A stretch of 49,410 nucleotides of DNA from a bacterium (GTDB lineage: Bacteria > Patescibacteriota > UBA1384 > VFKW01). The notes under the pieces were generated by a model. The model saw only the letters and a list, made by a program, of their open reading frames with translations, did no database searches and had not been told where the DNA came from. The stretch lies in the NCBI GenBank assembly GCA_030647355.1, contig JAUSIS010000008.1:1-49410 (forward strand), in the 5' to 3' direction. Below, in pieces: positions 17,807 through 28,385 of the stretch. The position numbers and the translations under genes were made by a program. Each line of letters starts with the position of its first letter. Position 1 is the stretch's first letter.

Positions 17807-18850
17807 ATGCTAAATGGATTGTTAGGTTTTTTTTCGCACGATATAGGAATTGATCTAGGTACTGCAAATACCTTAGTCTATGTAAGGGGCAAAGGTATTG
17901 TTGTTAATGAGCCGTCAGTGGTTGCTATTAACCAAAAAACCAAACAGATTCTCGCTATTGGCGATGACGCCAAACGGATGGTCGGACGCACTCCTGCCAA
18001 TATTGTCGCCATCAAACCACTAGTAGATGGAGTAGTCAGCGACTTCGAAGTAACCGAACAGATGCTCAAACACTTTATTGCCAAAGTTCATAAAGAGAAG
18101 TTCTCCCTTATCCCGCGCCCCCGTGTTGTTATCGGGATTCCCTATGGTGTTACTGAGGTAGAAAGAAGAGCTGTTGAGGAAGCTGCCATAAACGCCGGGG
18201 CTCGAGAAGTATATCTAATTGAAGAACCAGTTGCAGCTGCCATAGGAGCCAGGCTTCCGATACAGGATGCCAGTGGTAATCTAATTGTAGATATAGGCGG
18301 GGGTACGACAGAAGTAGCTGTTATATCTCTTGGCGGAATAGTTACCAGCCGATCCATCCGTTTGGCAGGTGACGAAATGAATGAAGATATTATTGATTAT
18401 GCTCGTAGTCAGTTTAATCTCTTGCTAGGACCTAGGACAGCCGAGGAAATAAAAATATCCATCGGTTCAGCTTTTCCTCTAAAAGATAGAATTGAGATAC
18501 CAATGCGCGGTCGGGACTTAGTTAGTGGCTTGCCAAGGGAAATAATTGTCAACGATGAGCAGATTCGTAAAGCAATCAGTAAATCGGTCGCTCTCTTGGT
18601 TGATTCAATACGCACAACAATTGAGGAAACCCCCCCGGAGTTAGTTGCTGATATCATGGATCGTGGTATAGTCTTAGCTGGTGGAGGAGCGCTTTTGCGA
18701 GGATTGGATGTTTTGATCACCCAGTCAACCGGTACAGCAGTTCATATTGCGGACGATCCTCTCACTTGCGTTGCACGCGGTACAGGCATTGTGTTGGAAG
18801 ATCTGGAGAATCTTAAGGAAGTTCTTCTCCCAACAGAATTCACTCGATAG
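17807..18850 (+). CDS. mreB: Rod shape-determining protein MreB
   Basis: DLGTANT, EPSVVA, DIGGGTTE, GGGALL. Confidence 0.97.
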   Translation: MLNGLLGFFSHDIGIDLGTANTLVYVRGKGIVVNEPSVVAINQKTKQILAIGDDAKRMVGRTPANIVAIKPLVDGVVSDFEVTEQMLKHFIAKVHKEKFSLIPRPRVVIGIPYGVTEVERRAVEEAAINAGAREVYLIEEPVAAAIGARLPIQDASGNLIVDIGGGTTEVAVISLGGIVTSRSIRLAGDEMNEDIIDYARSQFNLLLGPRTAEEIKISIGSAFPLKDRIEIPMRGRDLVSGLPREIIVNDEQIRKAISKSVALLVDSIRTTIEETPPELVADIMDRGIVLAGGGALLRGLDVLITQSTGTAVHIADDPLTCVARGTGIVLEDLENLKEVLLPTEFTR

Positions 18851-18865
18851 TACTCAGGAGGCAAG

Positions 18866-19645
18866 GTGCGAAAATACCGACCGCTTATTATACTGATTAT
18901 TATTATAATTATTGGAATAACAATAAGTCCTTTTGGTTTCCTCAATCCAGTTAGGAATTATGCCAACATTCTTGTCTCGCCGGTAACCTCGGCTTTCAAT
19001 AGGACTACTATTGGTGCAAGCGATTTTTTTCATACACTATTCTTTATTGGCCGTATCGTTAAAGAAAACACAGAATTAAAAACCAGGTACAATCAGCTGC
19101 AATCGGATAATATCTCTCTCAAAGAAGTACGCCACGAAAATAAGCTGCTTAAAGGAGAACTGAAGTTTGTTCAGTCAACCAACCTCCAACTCATATCGGC
19201 TAATATAATTTTAAAAAGCCCAAGTGGTTTTATAGATAGCGTTGTAATTAATAAAGGTTCTAGGAAAGGTATTAAAATAAACCAAGCCGTTATTTCACAA
19301 GGATTTCTCATTGGTAAAATTAATAAAGTTTATAAGAACACCTCCGAAGTTATACTTATAACCAGTAGCTCGTCAAAGCTTCCCGCTTATCTTCAAGAAT
19401 CCCGGGGCACTGGTGTCATTCAGGGTGGTCTTAAAGGGCTAAGTCTAGAAGATATTCAATTAGACATCACCCCCAGACCTGGCGAAGCGGTTCTTAGCTC
19501 GGATATTGGAGGAATATTGCCCCGCGGAATACCTATTGGTTCTGTTAAAGAAGTTAGTTTGTCCCATAGCGATATTTCCCGATCGGCAGCTATAAGTTCT
19601 CCTATATTTTTTACTCATCTAGAGATGGTTTTTGTTGTTAAGTAA
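18866..19645 (+). CDS. mreC: Rod shape-determining protein MreC
   Basis: TM helix, coiled coil, INKGSRKGI, PRGIPIG; operon position. Confidence 0.92.
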   Translation: MRKYRPLIILIIIIIIGITISPFGFLNPVRNYANILVSPVTSAFNRTTIGASDFFHTLFFIGRIVKENTELKTRYNQLQSDNISLKEVRHENKLLKGELKFVQSTNLQLISANIILKSPSGFIDSVVINKGSRKGIKINQAVISQGFLIGKINKVYKNTSEVILITSSSSKLPAYLQESRGTGVIQGGLKGLSLEDIQLDITPRPGEAVLSSDIGGILPRGIPIGSVKEVSLSHSDISRSAAISSPIFFTHLEMVFVVK

Positions 19646-19647
19646 AT

Positions 19648-20118
19648 ATGAAAAATATAACACCATACATCTTCATCATCCTTTGTGCTTTACTGCAAAT
19701 CAGTGTGATTCCCAATCTTGCAATAGCCGACTCTTTCCCTAATATTATTTTAGTTCTTATTTTAATATTCTTAATTAAAAATAATGATCAAGCGGCAATT
19801 TTATGGATTTTATTAGGCGGATTAGTGCTTGATCTATTTTCACCAACTTTCTTCGGCTATCATAGTCTGGAATTCACCCTAATATTTATTCTCTACCGTA
19901 CTATACTTCGTCCCCTTCTTCTCGACCCCGCCCCTCCTCTAATCCTACTGGTCTTTATAGCCGCTAGCTCACTTTTAGGATTTATCAATATTATTCTCTT
20001 TCGTCAAGGTTTATCGCAATTTCTTCCCATACAAATTATTTACCAATCTTTAATAGGCTTGATTTTATATATTATTATTTCTAAACTATCAAAAGACACT
20101 TACCGTATTAAGGCTTAA
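19648..20118 (+). CDS. mreD: Rod shape-determining protein MreD
   Basis: Polytopic; GGLVLDLFS...FG; position after mreC. Confidence 0.85.
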   Translation: MKNITPYIFIILCALLQISVIPNLAIADSFPNIILVLILIFLIKNNDQAAILWILLGGLVLDLFSPTFFGYHSLEFTLIFILYRTILRPLLLDPAPPLILLVFIAASSLLGFINIILFRQGLSQFLPIQIIYQSLIGLILYIIISKLSKDTYRIKA

Positions 20119-20122
20119 GACT

Positions 20123-22018
20123 ATGAAAAAAAACATTTTTGAAAATTATTCTCCTCTGGGAAGTATCCATCGTACCGCTGAATATGAAGTTGCCCCTGAA
20201 TTGGTTGAGCATAAAGACATTCTCGAACATGCCGACGAACCGAAACAGTTCTTTCGTTATTTTTATTTAGTTTGTTTTATCTCAGCTATTATTTTTGTTT
20301 TCAGACTTGTAAATATTCAAATAACCCACGGTTGGGAAAACCGAGTTTTAGCTGATGGTCATAAAGTAAGGCTACGACAGCTCGAACCTCCTAGGGGAAT
20401 AATTTCAAATAGTTCCGGTCAGCCCTTAGTTAGTAATATTCCGTCATATAGTCTGGATATTTATCCGATGGATCTTCCTAAAAGTCACTCTAACCGCCAA
20501 AAAATCTACCAGAAAATCTCTAATACCACGCACATTCCTATTGAAGAATTTAATCAAATTGATCGCCAGAAATTATATACTTTAGAACCGATCACCATAA
20601 AAGAAAATATCGAGCGAGATTTAGCTATCGCTTGGGAATGCCAACTTAATGATTTAGAAGGGGTGGTTGTAGGTAAGGAATCTAAAAGAGTTTATAGTTC
20701 TCTTCCTGCGCTTTCTCATATCTTAGGGTATGTTGGTAAAATATCAGAAGATGAGTTGAAAGCAGTAAGCCATGGATACAACACTAATAGTCGTATCGGT
20801 AAGACTGGCTTAGAGAATTCCTATGAGAAGGACTTAAGGGGTAAGCCGGGCACTGAAGAGCTGGAAGTTGATTCCAAAGGACGAATCCAACGTACGCTGT
20901 CGCGTACAGACCCAACTACCGGCAATAATCTTATTCTAAGTCTGGATAGCCGCCTACAGACTACTGCCGTAACTGCCTTACAACAAGCATTTATTGAGAA
21001 TAAAAGCGAAAAAGGTGTTGCTATTGCCATGAATCCCAAAGATGGCTCTATCCTTGCCTTTGTCAGTTTACCGGCGTACGACAACAATCTATTTGCTCGG
21101 GGCATTAGTCAGGAAGAATATAATAGTCTGCTTCAAGATAAAGCTCACCCCATGCTTAATCGCGCTACATCAGGGACTTATCCCTCTGGCTCGGTCATCA
21201 AACCTATCATCGCTACGGCTGCCTTACAGGAAAAAACTATTTCACCAACTACCAAATTAGACACTTCCGCAGGAGTTATCAAAATAGGTAGTTGGATTTT
21301 TCCCGACTGGAAAACCCATGGTATTACCAATGTTAGGCAAGCAATTTCCGAATCAAACGATCTATTTTTCTATTCATTGGGTGGTGGATGGCAGAATATT
21401 AAAGGACTAGGAATTTCACGTCTTAATTATTGGTTGCAAAAATTCAGTTTTGGTACCCCAACTGGCATTGATCTACCGAATGAATCTGCCGGACTTGTTC
21501 CAAGTGATGCCTGGAAGCAAAAAATGAAAAAAGAACCTTGGTATATAGGCGATACTTATCATCTGGCAATCGGGCAAGGTTATTTTCTTTCTACCCCATT
21601 ACAGATGGCGGTCGCCACCAGTGCTATCGCCAACGATGGAGACATACTCAAACCCCATCTGGTATCGCAAATTATTGATAGTCGAGGTAATATTATCAAA
21701 ACTAATGGCAAACAGATTATACGTGCTGGAATTGCCGACAAGAGTAATCTACAAATCGTCCGAGAGGGTATGCGCCAAGCTGTCGTATCTGGATCTGCCT
21801 TTCAGTTGCGCAATCTATCTTTTACTTCGGCAGCCAAAACCGGAACAGCTCAATTCGGCGATAATACTTTTAGCCACGCCTGGTTCACTGCCTTTGCTCC
21901 TTATGAAAATCCCGAAATTGTCGTCGTTGTATTAGTGGAAAGCGGTGGACAAGGTTCAATAACATCTGCCCCTGTAGCTAAGGCGATACTCCAATCATAT
22001 TTTGATAATAAAAAATAA
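20123..22018 (+). CDS. mrdA: Penicillin-binding protein 2
   Basis: PPRGII, GKTGLE, SVIK (SxxK), SND, KTGTAQ, HAWF. Confidence 0.95.
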   Translation: MKKNIFENYSPLGSIHRTAEYEVAPELVEHKDILEHADEPKQFFRYFYLVCFISAIIFVFRLVNIQITHGWENRVLADGHKVRLRQLEPPRGIISNSSGQPLVSNIPSYSLDIYPMDLPKSHSNRQKIYQKISNTTHIPIEEFNQIDRQKLYTLEPITIKENIERDLAIAWECQLNDLEGVVVGKESKRVYSSLPALSHILGYVGKISEDELKAVSHGYNTNSRIGKTGLENSYEKDLRGKPGTEELEVDSKGRIQRTLSRTDPTTGNNLILSLDSRLQTTAVTALQQAFIENKSEKGVAIAMNPKDGSILAFVSLPAYDNNLFARGISQEEYNSLLQDKAHPMLNRATSGTYPSGSVIKPIIATAALQEKTISPTTKLDTSAGVIKIGSWIFPDWKTHGITNVRQAISESNDLFFYSLGGGWQNIKGLGISRLNYWLQKFSFGTPTGIDLPNESAGLVPSDAWKQKMKKEPWYIGDTYHLAIGQGYFLSTPLQMAVATSAIANDGDILKPHLVSQIIDSRGNIIKTNGKQIIRAGIADKSNLQIVREGMRQAVVSGSAFQLRNLSFTSAAKTGTAQFGDNTFSHAWFTAFAPYENPEIVVVVLVESGGQGSITSAPVAKAILQSYFDNKK

Positions 22019-22154
22019 CACACAATAGAAAAATATCTAATAATAAATAATTATACAAACTCAATTTTACCAGTTATTCTGGTAACTGGAGTGCTAATAT
22101 TCTTTATACTACCTTCAGAGATCGGAGGTGTAAATTTTTTAAAAGATCTCTACT

Positions 22155-22185
22155 AAATAAGGCGCTTTGCTCCCGCGCCTTATTT
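22155..22185. terminator. Bidirectional terminator
   Basis: aaataaggcgc / gcgccttattt 11-bp stem between convergent genes. Confidence 0.7.
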
Positions 22186-22200
22186 GATTAGTTATCAATA

Positions 22201-22917
22201 TCAGATCAATCCCAGTCCATACTTGTTCAATTCGCAATCAGTGGGCTCTACCGCTCTACTTAAGTCGTTTATTGATTGGTTGATAATTCTCAATGCTATC
22301 GTATATTTTCCCTGGTCTAATTTTCTACAGACATCCGAAAATTTTTCTCTTCCGAATCTTTCGTCAATTTTATCCTCAAAAATACTTACATCGTCACTGA
22401 CAAATGCTTCAATTAAAGTTTCTTCACCGACCAGACTGATCAATTTTGTTATAAACTCCACCTCATATCTGTAAGACAGAGATTGCCTTCCTATTACCTT
22501 GTTGCATAAATATTGAACTAAACCTTCATTCAATGCCTTGCAATCGCAACCATCCTTTTTCTTAGTGAAGAATTGTCTTTTTAACCCCGATTTTAAAATA
22601 GTCAGCCCGGGTATTTTTATGGTAGAATGATCGCTTATAGCATGGATTAACTCATGGATTAGTATTTCATGGACTAACTTGCCATCTGCCTTATTTATAA
22701 ATTTTACATTAAAGTAAATTATATGTTTATTGGGATCATAGAAAGCGAGAGTACGAAATTCCTTACCAAAACTCTCTTTCCCGAACCTAGATAGCGTTCC
22801 ATTCTTTAGAGGTTTAATTTTGACTGTGAATATTTTCTCGATAATTTTTTTTGAACATAGAATTCTTTCTTGAATGATCTGTTTTCGTGCCCAATTAAGT
22901 CTGATTTTCCGAGTCAT
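22201..22917 (-). CDS. Putative zinc metallopeptidase (HExxH + NEG, gluzincin-like)
   Basis: AFY...IHELIHA...LNEGLVQY; SD gaggagg. Confidence 0.65.
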   Translation of the reverse strand: MTRKIRLNWARKQIIQERILCSKKIIEKIFTVKIKPLKNGTLSRFGKESFGKEFRTLAFYDPNKHIIYFNVKFINKADGKLVHEILIHELIHAISDHSTIKIPGLTILKSGLKRQFFTKKKDGCDCKALNEGLVQYLCNKVIGRQSLSYRYEVEFITKLISLVGEETLIEAFVSDDVSIFEDKIDERFGREKFSDVCRKLDQGKYTIALRIINQSINDLSRAVEPTDCELNKYGLGLI

Positions 22918-23242
22918 TATCCTCCTCTTTTATATAATTTACAAAAATGCGACATCGTTCTATCAAATTATCGTCATCATTTACAACAGTGTCAAGCTGT
23001 AAGTAGTCGCTAGTATGGTTAGTAAGAGAAATAAAAATAGAATTTTTTGTATATTATCACAAAATAAATTATCAAAACAGCTATCTTTTACACTATAACC
23101 CCAATGCCCAAAATTAAGAATTCCACGATAATATTAAGTAAGGTTAGATGTTCTTACAAAATCAGCGCCGAACTGAATATCAACAACAGGTTTACTTAAT
23201 CCATGGCAAAAAAAAGCTTGTAGGCATGAGAACGCAAAAAAG

Positions 23243-23302
23243 TTGACATTTACATATCGAAACATTATAATTGGCACACTCAATTTGTGCAATATGTACA
23301 AA
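23243..23302 (+). promoter_or_regulatory. Consensus sigma70 promoter plus downstream palindromic operator
   Basis: TTGACA-17 nt-TATAAT (23243-23271); TTTGTGCA-ATA-TGTACAAA (23284-23302). Confidence 0.7.
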
Positions 23303-23318
23303 AAATGCAGGGAAGAAT

Positions 23319-24479
23319 ATGGAAAATATTTTAGCTGAGAAGCTCCAAAATTACATAACCAATCTTCTCGGGGGGCAAGTTAGTATTGCAAGTGCTGATG
23401 GCGAAGTGATAACCAGTAGTGAAAAGAAACAAATAGGAACAATAGTTGATTTAAATACTATCCAAGGCTCAAATTATCTCTCTGGATCGTCTAGCGATCT
23501 ATCGAATCCGAGTTTAATCGGCGTGGCGCTCTACTATGAATCAGAGATTCAGGGCTATGTCCTTGTGAACGACGAGAGCCATAAATTTTTTCCACAGATG
23601 ACCTTAATTAAAAGTTTAGCTGAATTACTCATTCAACAATATTACGAATCAATCAAGCCAGATCTCGATTCTACCGACAAGTTTATTTGCAGTTTACTTT
23701 ATAACAAAGATCTTAATAATTTAGAATATTTATCCTCACAAGCCCGAATTCTAGGTTATAGATTAGATATACCCAGGATGGCTTTCATTGTTCATCTTGA
23801 TGGGTTCTGGAAAAATTATCTTAATAATAATATTGAATTTTCCGATGAAAAAGAAAACATAATCCTACGAAAAAAACACGACCTAGAAAAGACTATCTCC
23901 AGTTTCTTTACTAAGGATACTGAAAATATCTCTGCCTATATGGGAGAAGACAAATTCGTTCTTTTTAAAGACGTGAAATCAACACCAGAAGGAAAGGTCG
24001 TCCAGCTTTTAAAAGATAATTTTAAGAACATTATCGCACCTATGGTTAATTTTAATATCTCTAGGGTTTCAGCTGGCATTGGTCGAAGTAGATCGGGTAC
24101 TATTGGGCTAGTCAAGTCCTGCAAAGAAGCCGATGAAGCATTGAATTTAGGCAGGAAAATGTGGGGAGATAACCAAGTTTACTCTTACGATGAGCTAGGT
24201 CTCCTTTCAATCATCGGGCAGGGAGCTAAAGACAAAAAACTATTCTTCTCAAATCAAGTTTTATCCAGACTCGCCGACCCTGATTTAGTAAAGACTCTTC
24301 AGTATTTTTTCGATCAGAACCTCAACTTAACGCAAACATCGGAAAAACTGGGTATCCATAGAAACACGGTCATCTACCGTTTAGATCAAATTGCCAAAAC
24401 TATTAACAAAGATCCGCGCAATTTCGATCAAGCGGTAGAGATAAAAATGGCTCTGCTTGTAGATAAATTACTCAAATAG
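23319..24479 (+). CDS. CdaR/PucR family transcriptional regulator
   Basis: Sugar-diacid-recognition-like N-terminus, GGDEF-like middle (AGIG), C-terminal HTH LGIHRNTVIYRL; start reassigned to 23319. Confidence 0.88.
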   Translation: MENILAEKLQNYITNLLGGQVSIASADGEVITSSEKKQIGTIVDLNTIQGSNYLSGSSSDLSNPSLIGVALYYESEIQGYVLVNDESHKFFPQMTLIKSLAELLIQQYYESIKPDLDSTDKFICSLLYNKDLNNLEYLSSQARILGYRLDIPRMAFIVHLDGFWKNYLNNNIEFSDEKENIILRKKHDLEKTISSFFTKDTENISAYMGEDKFVLFKDVKSTPEGKVVQLLKDNFKNIIAPMVNFNISRVSAGIGRSRSGTIGLVKSCKEADEALNLGRKMWGDNQVYSYDELGLLSIIGQGAKDKKLFFSNQVLSRLADPDLVKTLQYFFDQNLNLTQTSEKLGIHRNTVIYRLDQIAKTINKDPRNFDQAVEIKMALLVDKLLK

Positions 24480-24491
24480 ATCCACCAACTC

Positions 24492-24584
24492 AAAACAGAT
24501 CTGTTGCACCCTGTCTATCCAGGTAACGAGCATAATTTATTTTTCTCGCATAATTTCTGGGTAGCATGGATACAGATCTGTTTT
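24492..24584. other. 93-nt rod-like inverted-repeat element (candidate ncRNA or bidirectional terminator)
   Basis: 13-bp perfect terminal inverted repeat AAAACAGATCTGT/ACAGATCTGTTTT; inner stems ctatccag/ctgggtag and cgag/ctcg. Confidence 0.5.
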
Positions 24585-24737
24585 ACTATATCGTAATACA
24601 AAATTATATTTGTTACACAGCAAAATAAACAAAAAACCTAGTGAAATTTTTATGTTTGTTAGCAAAGTCTACTATTGTTTAATAGTGCAACGCAATATCC
24701 TGCATCCGCCAGCTAGCTGATTAGCACATGGTCGGCT

Positions 24738-25121
24738 TCATTTGGTTCGATTTAATATAGTGTTAATTTTTGATACTACCTCATCCGGGGTATGATAACT
24801 TTTTACCAAATAACACTCTGCTCCTAAAGATAGTGCCAGATCTTGGTCGCTATCTGCCGATTCACTTCCTACATTTGTGAGAACAATTACAGGAATACTA
24901 GTTGTTTCCATATCCTGCTTCAATTCTTTTAACACCTCGAATCCGTTTAATCCAGGCATCATAATGTCCAGCAAAATCACATTAGGTTGCTTCTTCGCTT
25001 TCTTGAGGGCAATTTTACCATCCTCTGCTTGTATTACTTTATATCCTTCCATTGATAATTTTTCTTCATACATCTCGGCTAGCATCCGATCATCTTCGAC
25101 TAATAATACTGTGTTGTTCAT
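24738..25121 (-). CDS. Single-domain response regulator (CheY-like receiver)
   Basis: LLVEDD, LLDIMMPGLNG, LTN, YLVK. Confidence 0.93.
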   Translation of the reverse strand: MNNTVLLVEDDRMLAEMYEEKLSMEGYKVIQAEDGKIALKKAKKQPNVILLDIMMPGLNGFEVLKELKQDMETTSIPVIVLTNVGSESADSDQDLALSLGAECYLVKSYHTPDEVVSKINTILNRTK

Positions 25122-25133
25122 ATTGTTCCTTTC

Positions 25134-28100
25134 TTATTTGTTATTTATTGGTACAGAAAATGAGAATATACTGCCTCGACCCTCCGCACTTTTAACCCAA
25201 ATTTCTCCATTTTGCTGTTCAACTAAAGATCTTGTTATATACAGACCTAATCCATACCCTCCTGCCTGGTTACTTAATGGATTGTTGACTCGATAATTCT
25301 TATCAAAAACATTCTCAATCTGAGATGGGGGAATTCCCACCCCATTATCTTCAACCTCTGTCACAACATATTTTCCTTTTCCATCTTTATATAATTTAAT
25401 ACTAATTTTACCATTCCGATGTGTATATTTAATAGCATTATCTACTAAATTACTCAATATTTGTTTAGTTCTATCTGAATCCATTAAGACTAAAACATTT
25501 TTAAGTTGATTATTAGTTTTGAAATCCAATGCAATACCTTTCTGCAAAGCTTTCTGCTTGAAATCAAACATCACCTCTTTGGCTAGATTTTGTAAAGGCG
25601 CAGGTTTTATATTGAAAACCATTCTTTTTTCTTCAATTCTTACCACATTTAGCAAATCTTCAACTAAACCGACTAAGCGCTCGACTGAGCTATATACTCT
25701 ACCAAAATATCTATCTTGCTTCTCATTGAGGGGTCCGGCATCCCCCTGGATTATCATACTCATATATCCTTTGATAGCTGTTAAAGGAGTTCGCAGTTCG
25801 TGAGCAGTCATGGATATAAATTCATTTTTCTTCTGTTCTAACTCCTTATATCGGCTAATATCATTTAATAAAATAATCATCTCGGTCTCACCCTCCCTAT
25901 TACTAAGCGGTATTGCAAAGTGAATTCCCACCCATCGTTTGTTTCTGGATTTTGTATGTAATTCAATCTCGTACAATGAACCTTTTTGCTGGTTCATTTT
26001 GCGGCTACTATTAATTAAATCAATCAGTCCTAAATTATCCCGACCGGTTAGTAGGAACTTATTAGCTGCCTTGCCCATCGCTTCTTCTGTAGAATAACCG
26101 GTTAATCGGCTCATTGCTTCATTCCATAAAGAGATTGATCCATCATTATCAACTGCAAAAATGCCTTCCGCGCTACTCTCAATAAGTACCGACAAACGAT
26201 CTTTTTCTCTTCCAATATTTCCCATCAGTTTTAGGCTTTTCATTAATGATTGAACTTTGTCGCCAGCAATTGAAATTAACTTTACATCGTCTTTATTAAA
26301 TCGTTTACCTTGAAGTTTGTTTCTTACCGCAATTATCCCAGTACAAGCTCCACCCTCTACCAGCGGAACCGTCAGAATTGAATCTGTTTTCCGCGGCAAA
26401 ACTTGATCATTTTTATCTATCTCACCCGACTTTATCACTTGCGGTCTCTTTTTTGTTACTGATAGCTGCGCAATCTTACTATCTGCCAAGATTAGCTTGT
26501 TATATGTTCTCCAATTACTTCTTGCAAGCGGAATCAATTCACCGTCGGTAATCTGTAAAAACACGCTTCCTTCTGCTTGTAATAATTTAGGTAAATATTT
26601 AATTACACGATCAATAGTTTTTAAATGGCTCGCACCCGTTAAATTACTTATCTTAAATAAATCTGTAAGCTGCTCAACCCTTGTAGCCATTTTATTATTC
26701 AAATCCTCAATTTCGGTAAAATTCCTTAAAGTCAAAAGCGCTCCTCCGCTATGCTGGTCTTTTATCGGTTCAAGCCTACCCTTTATTACTCTAAATGGTT
26801 TCTCGCATGTATTCAGTGTCATTGTGAAAGCTCGTCCCTCGGTAGCGGATCTTCGAATCGAATCACTCATATCTATTTGGGGTATAAACATATATCTACA
26901 ATATTTATCAGGTTCACTGAGTATTGAATCTAGCCCCTCGCCTAAAATATCTTTTTTCATACCCAAAAGTTCCTTTACCGCCTGATTATAAAAAATTATC
27001 TCTCCTCGCACATCTAGCAGGATCAATCCTTCTCCGGTAGTACGGTGTATAGTTTCCAAAATATCCCTCTCCCGAGCAACATCAGTATATAGTTGACTAT
27101 TTTCAAGTGTCATTGCTAATTGGGAAGATATGGCGCTGATCAAATTGAGCGTATCGCGACCAAGTTCAGTTGCCGCCGCGTAATGGATAAATAAAAGACC
27201 GAATAACTCACCCTTGCTAATTAGTCCCGAGGCTATAGTATTATTCCAACCTTCTCCATGTTTATGCATCAAACTTTTCACCCATCCTGAATTTTTCCAA
27301 TTATTTAGTAAAATTGGTGAACCGGTCTCGTCAATCAAATGCTTCACCTTAGCCGAACTCATCCTCATTTCATGCTTTCTACCCCCGACATAGCAATGAT
27401 GGGTCGAAGCAAGACTATCTAGATAATTCAAGTCAGTCCAAGTATAAATTGAGCAGGGGACATTACCTAGAATTTCCGTTACTTTAACTATGGCCTTCTC
27501 AACTATCGGTTGTAAATCAGGTGTAGAGTTTAATATTTGCGCTAATTCCAGCCGCTTTTCTCCCACTATCCTTTGGCGATTTGTTTCTATTACATCCGCG
27601 ATTCGCGAAGCAATGATTGAAAAAGTTTGTACCTGTGACTCGGCAAAATATTCGCCTGCCGGTTTCCAAAGATTTAAAACTCCCAAAATCTGGCCTTTTG
27701 TAATTAATGGCACGCTCAGTAGTGATTTATCTTCGTTCTTACTTGCCAAAACATATCGCTTCTCCTTTTTAGTGTGAGGAATAGCCAGTGGCTGACCGGT
27801 TTTAGCCACCCAACCCGCTATACCCTGTCCTAGTTTCAAACGCAATGGTCTCATTCTATTTGGGGAAGTTGTAGTTTCGACAAATAAAATCTGGGAAGGG
27901 GGATCCACCAACATAATATTCCCTCCGGATAGATTCATTACTTGCACAATCTGCCACAATATCTTTTCCGAAATCTCCTTTGGGGGCAAAGTAGAGGACA
28001 TGGTAGATGAGATATGGTAAAGCAAGGCACTTTCTGTTTCTTTTGTTCGATATTCGGTTATATTATTTAAAATAACCGAAATTCCCGATGGCTTCTTTCC

Positions 28101-28385
28101 CTCTACAACAGGAGCTACCGAAACCAAAAAAACCATATCGCCTTTTCTTAATTCACTATTATAAGGGGTTTGATCGGTCCTCGCTTTTTCAACTAATTCA
28201 ATAACTTCTTTGCTAAAATCAGATGAGCAATGTTGATGCGCATCTATTTTTTGTCCAACCAGCCCGTTTATATTGGGAATAAATAATAATTCACCGGCAG
28301 ATTCACTGCAGTATTTTAAATACCCCTCATCGCTGATTATAATTAAGGGAAAATCAATTTTAAGTTGACCCATCTCTTTAAACAT
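25134..28385 (-). CDS. Cytoplasmic multi-sensor (PAS/GAF) histidine kinase
   Basis: GAF signatures (GIAGWVA, LSVPL), PAS segments, HELRTPLT, NLVDNAIKY, DNGVGI, GLGLYI; no obvious TM helix. Confidence 0.93.
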   Translation of the reverse strand: MFKEMGQLKIDFPLIIISDEGYLKYCSESAGELLFIPNINGLVGQKIDAHQHCSSDFSKEVIELVEKARTDQTPYNSELRKGDMVFLVSVAPVVEGKKPSGISVILNNITEYRTKETESALLYHISSTMSSTLPPKEISEKILWQIVQVMNLSGGNIMLVDPPSQILFVETTTSPNRMRPLRLKLGQGIAGWVAKTGQPLAIPHTKKEKRYVLASKNEDKSLLSVPLITKGQILGVLNLWKPAGEYFAESQVQTFSIIASRIADVIETNRQRIVGEKRLELAQILNSTPDLQPIVEKAIVKVTEILGNVPCSIYTWTDLNYLDSLASTHHCYVGGRKHEMRMSSAKVKHLIDETGSPILLNNWKNSGWVKSLMHKHGEGWNNTIASGLISKGELFGLLFIHYAAATELGRDTLNLISAISSQLAMTLENSQLYTDVARERDILETIHRTTGEGLILLDVRGEIIFYNQAVKELLGMKKDILGEGLDSILSEPDKYCRYMFIPQIDMSDSIRRSATEGRAFTMTLNTCEKPFRVIKGRLEPIKDQHSGGALLTLRNFTEIEDLNNKMATRVEQLTDLFKISNLTGASHLKTIDRVIKYLPKLLQAEGSVFLQITDGELIPLARSNWRTYNKLILADSKIAQLSVTKKRPQVIKSGEIDKNDQVLPRKTDSILTVPLVEGGACTGIIAVRNKLQGKRFNKDDVKLISIAGDKVQSLMKSLKLMGNIGREKDRLSVLIESSAEGIFAVDNDGSISLWNEAMSRLTGYSTEEAMGKAANKFLLTGRDNLGLIDLINSSRKMNQQKGSLYEIELHTKSRNKRWVGIHFAIPLSNREGETEMIILLNDISRYKELEQKKNEFISMTAHELRTPLTAIKGYMSMIIQGDAGPLNEKQDRYFGRVYSSVERLVGLVEDLLNVVRIEEKRMVFNIKPAPLQNLAKEVMFDFKQKALQKGIALDFKTNNQLKNVLVLMDSDRTKQILSNLVDNAIKYTHRNGKISIKLYKDGKGKYVVTEVEDNGVGIPPSQIENVFDKNYRVNNPLSNQAGGYGLGLYITRSLVEQQNGEIWVKSAEGRGSIFSFSVPINNK

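Noticed and set aside
22089-22097. CIRCE (HrcA) operator
   Set aside because: Only the GAGTGCTAA half is present, and it lies between convergent gene ends.
22019-22156. Open frame with a hydrophobic stretch continuing in-frame after the mrdA stop
   Set aside because: No ATG or SD near its start and no reason to expect TAA readthrough; likely chance in AT-rich DNA.
24492-24584. Integron attC site or CRISPR remnant
   Set aside because: The ends do not fit RYYYAAC/GTTRRRY, there are only two short repeats, and no integrase or cas gene is present.
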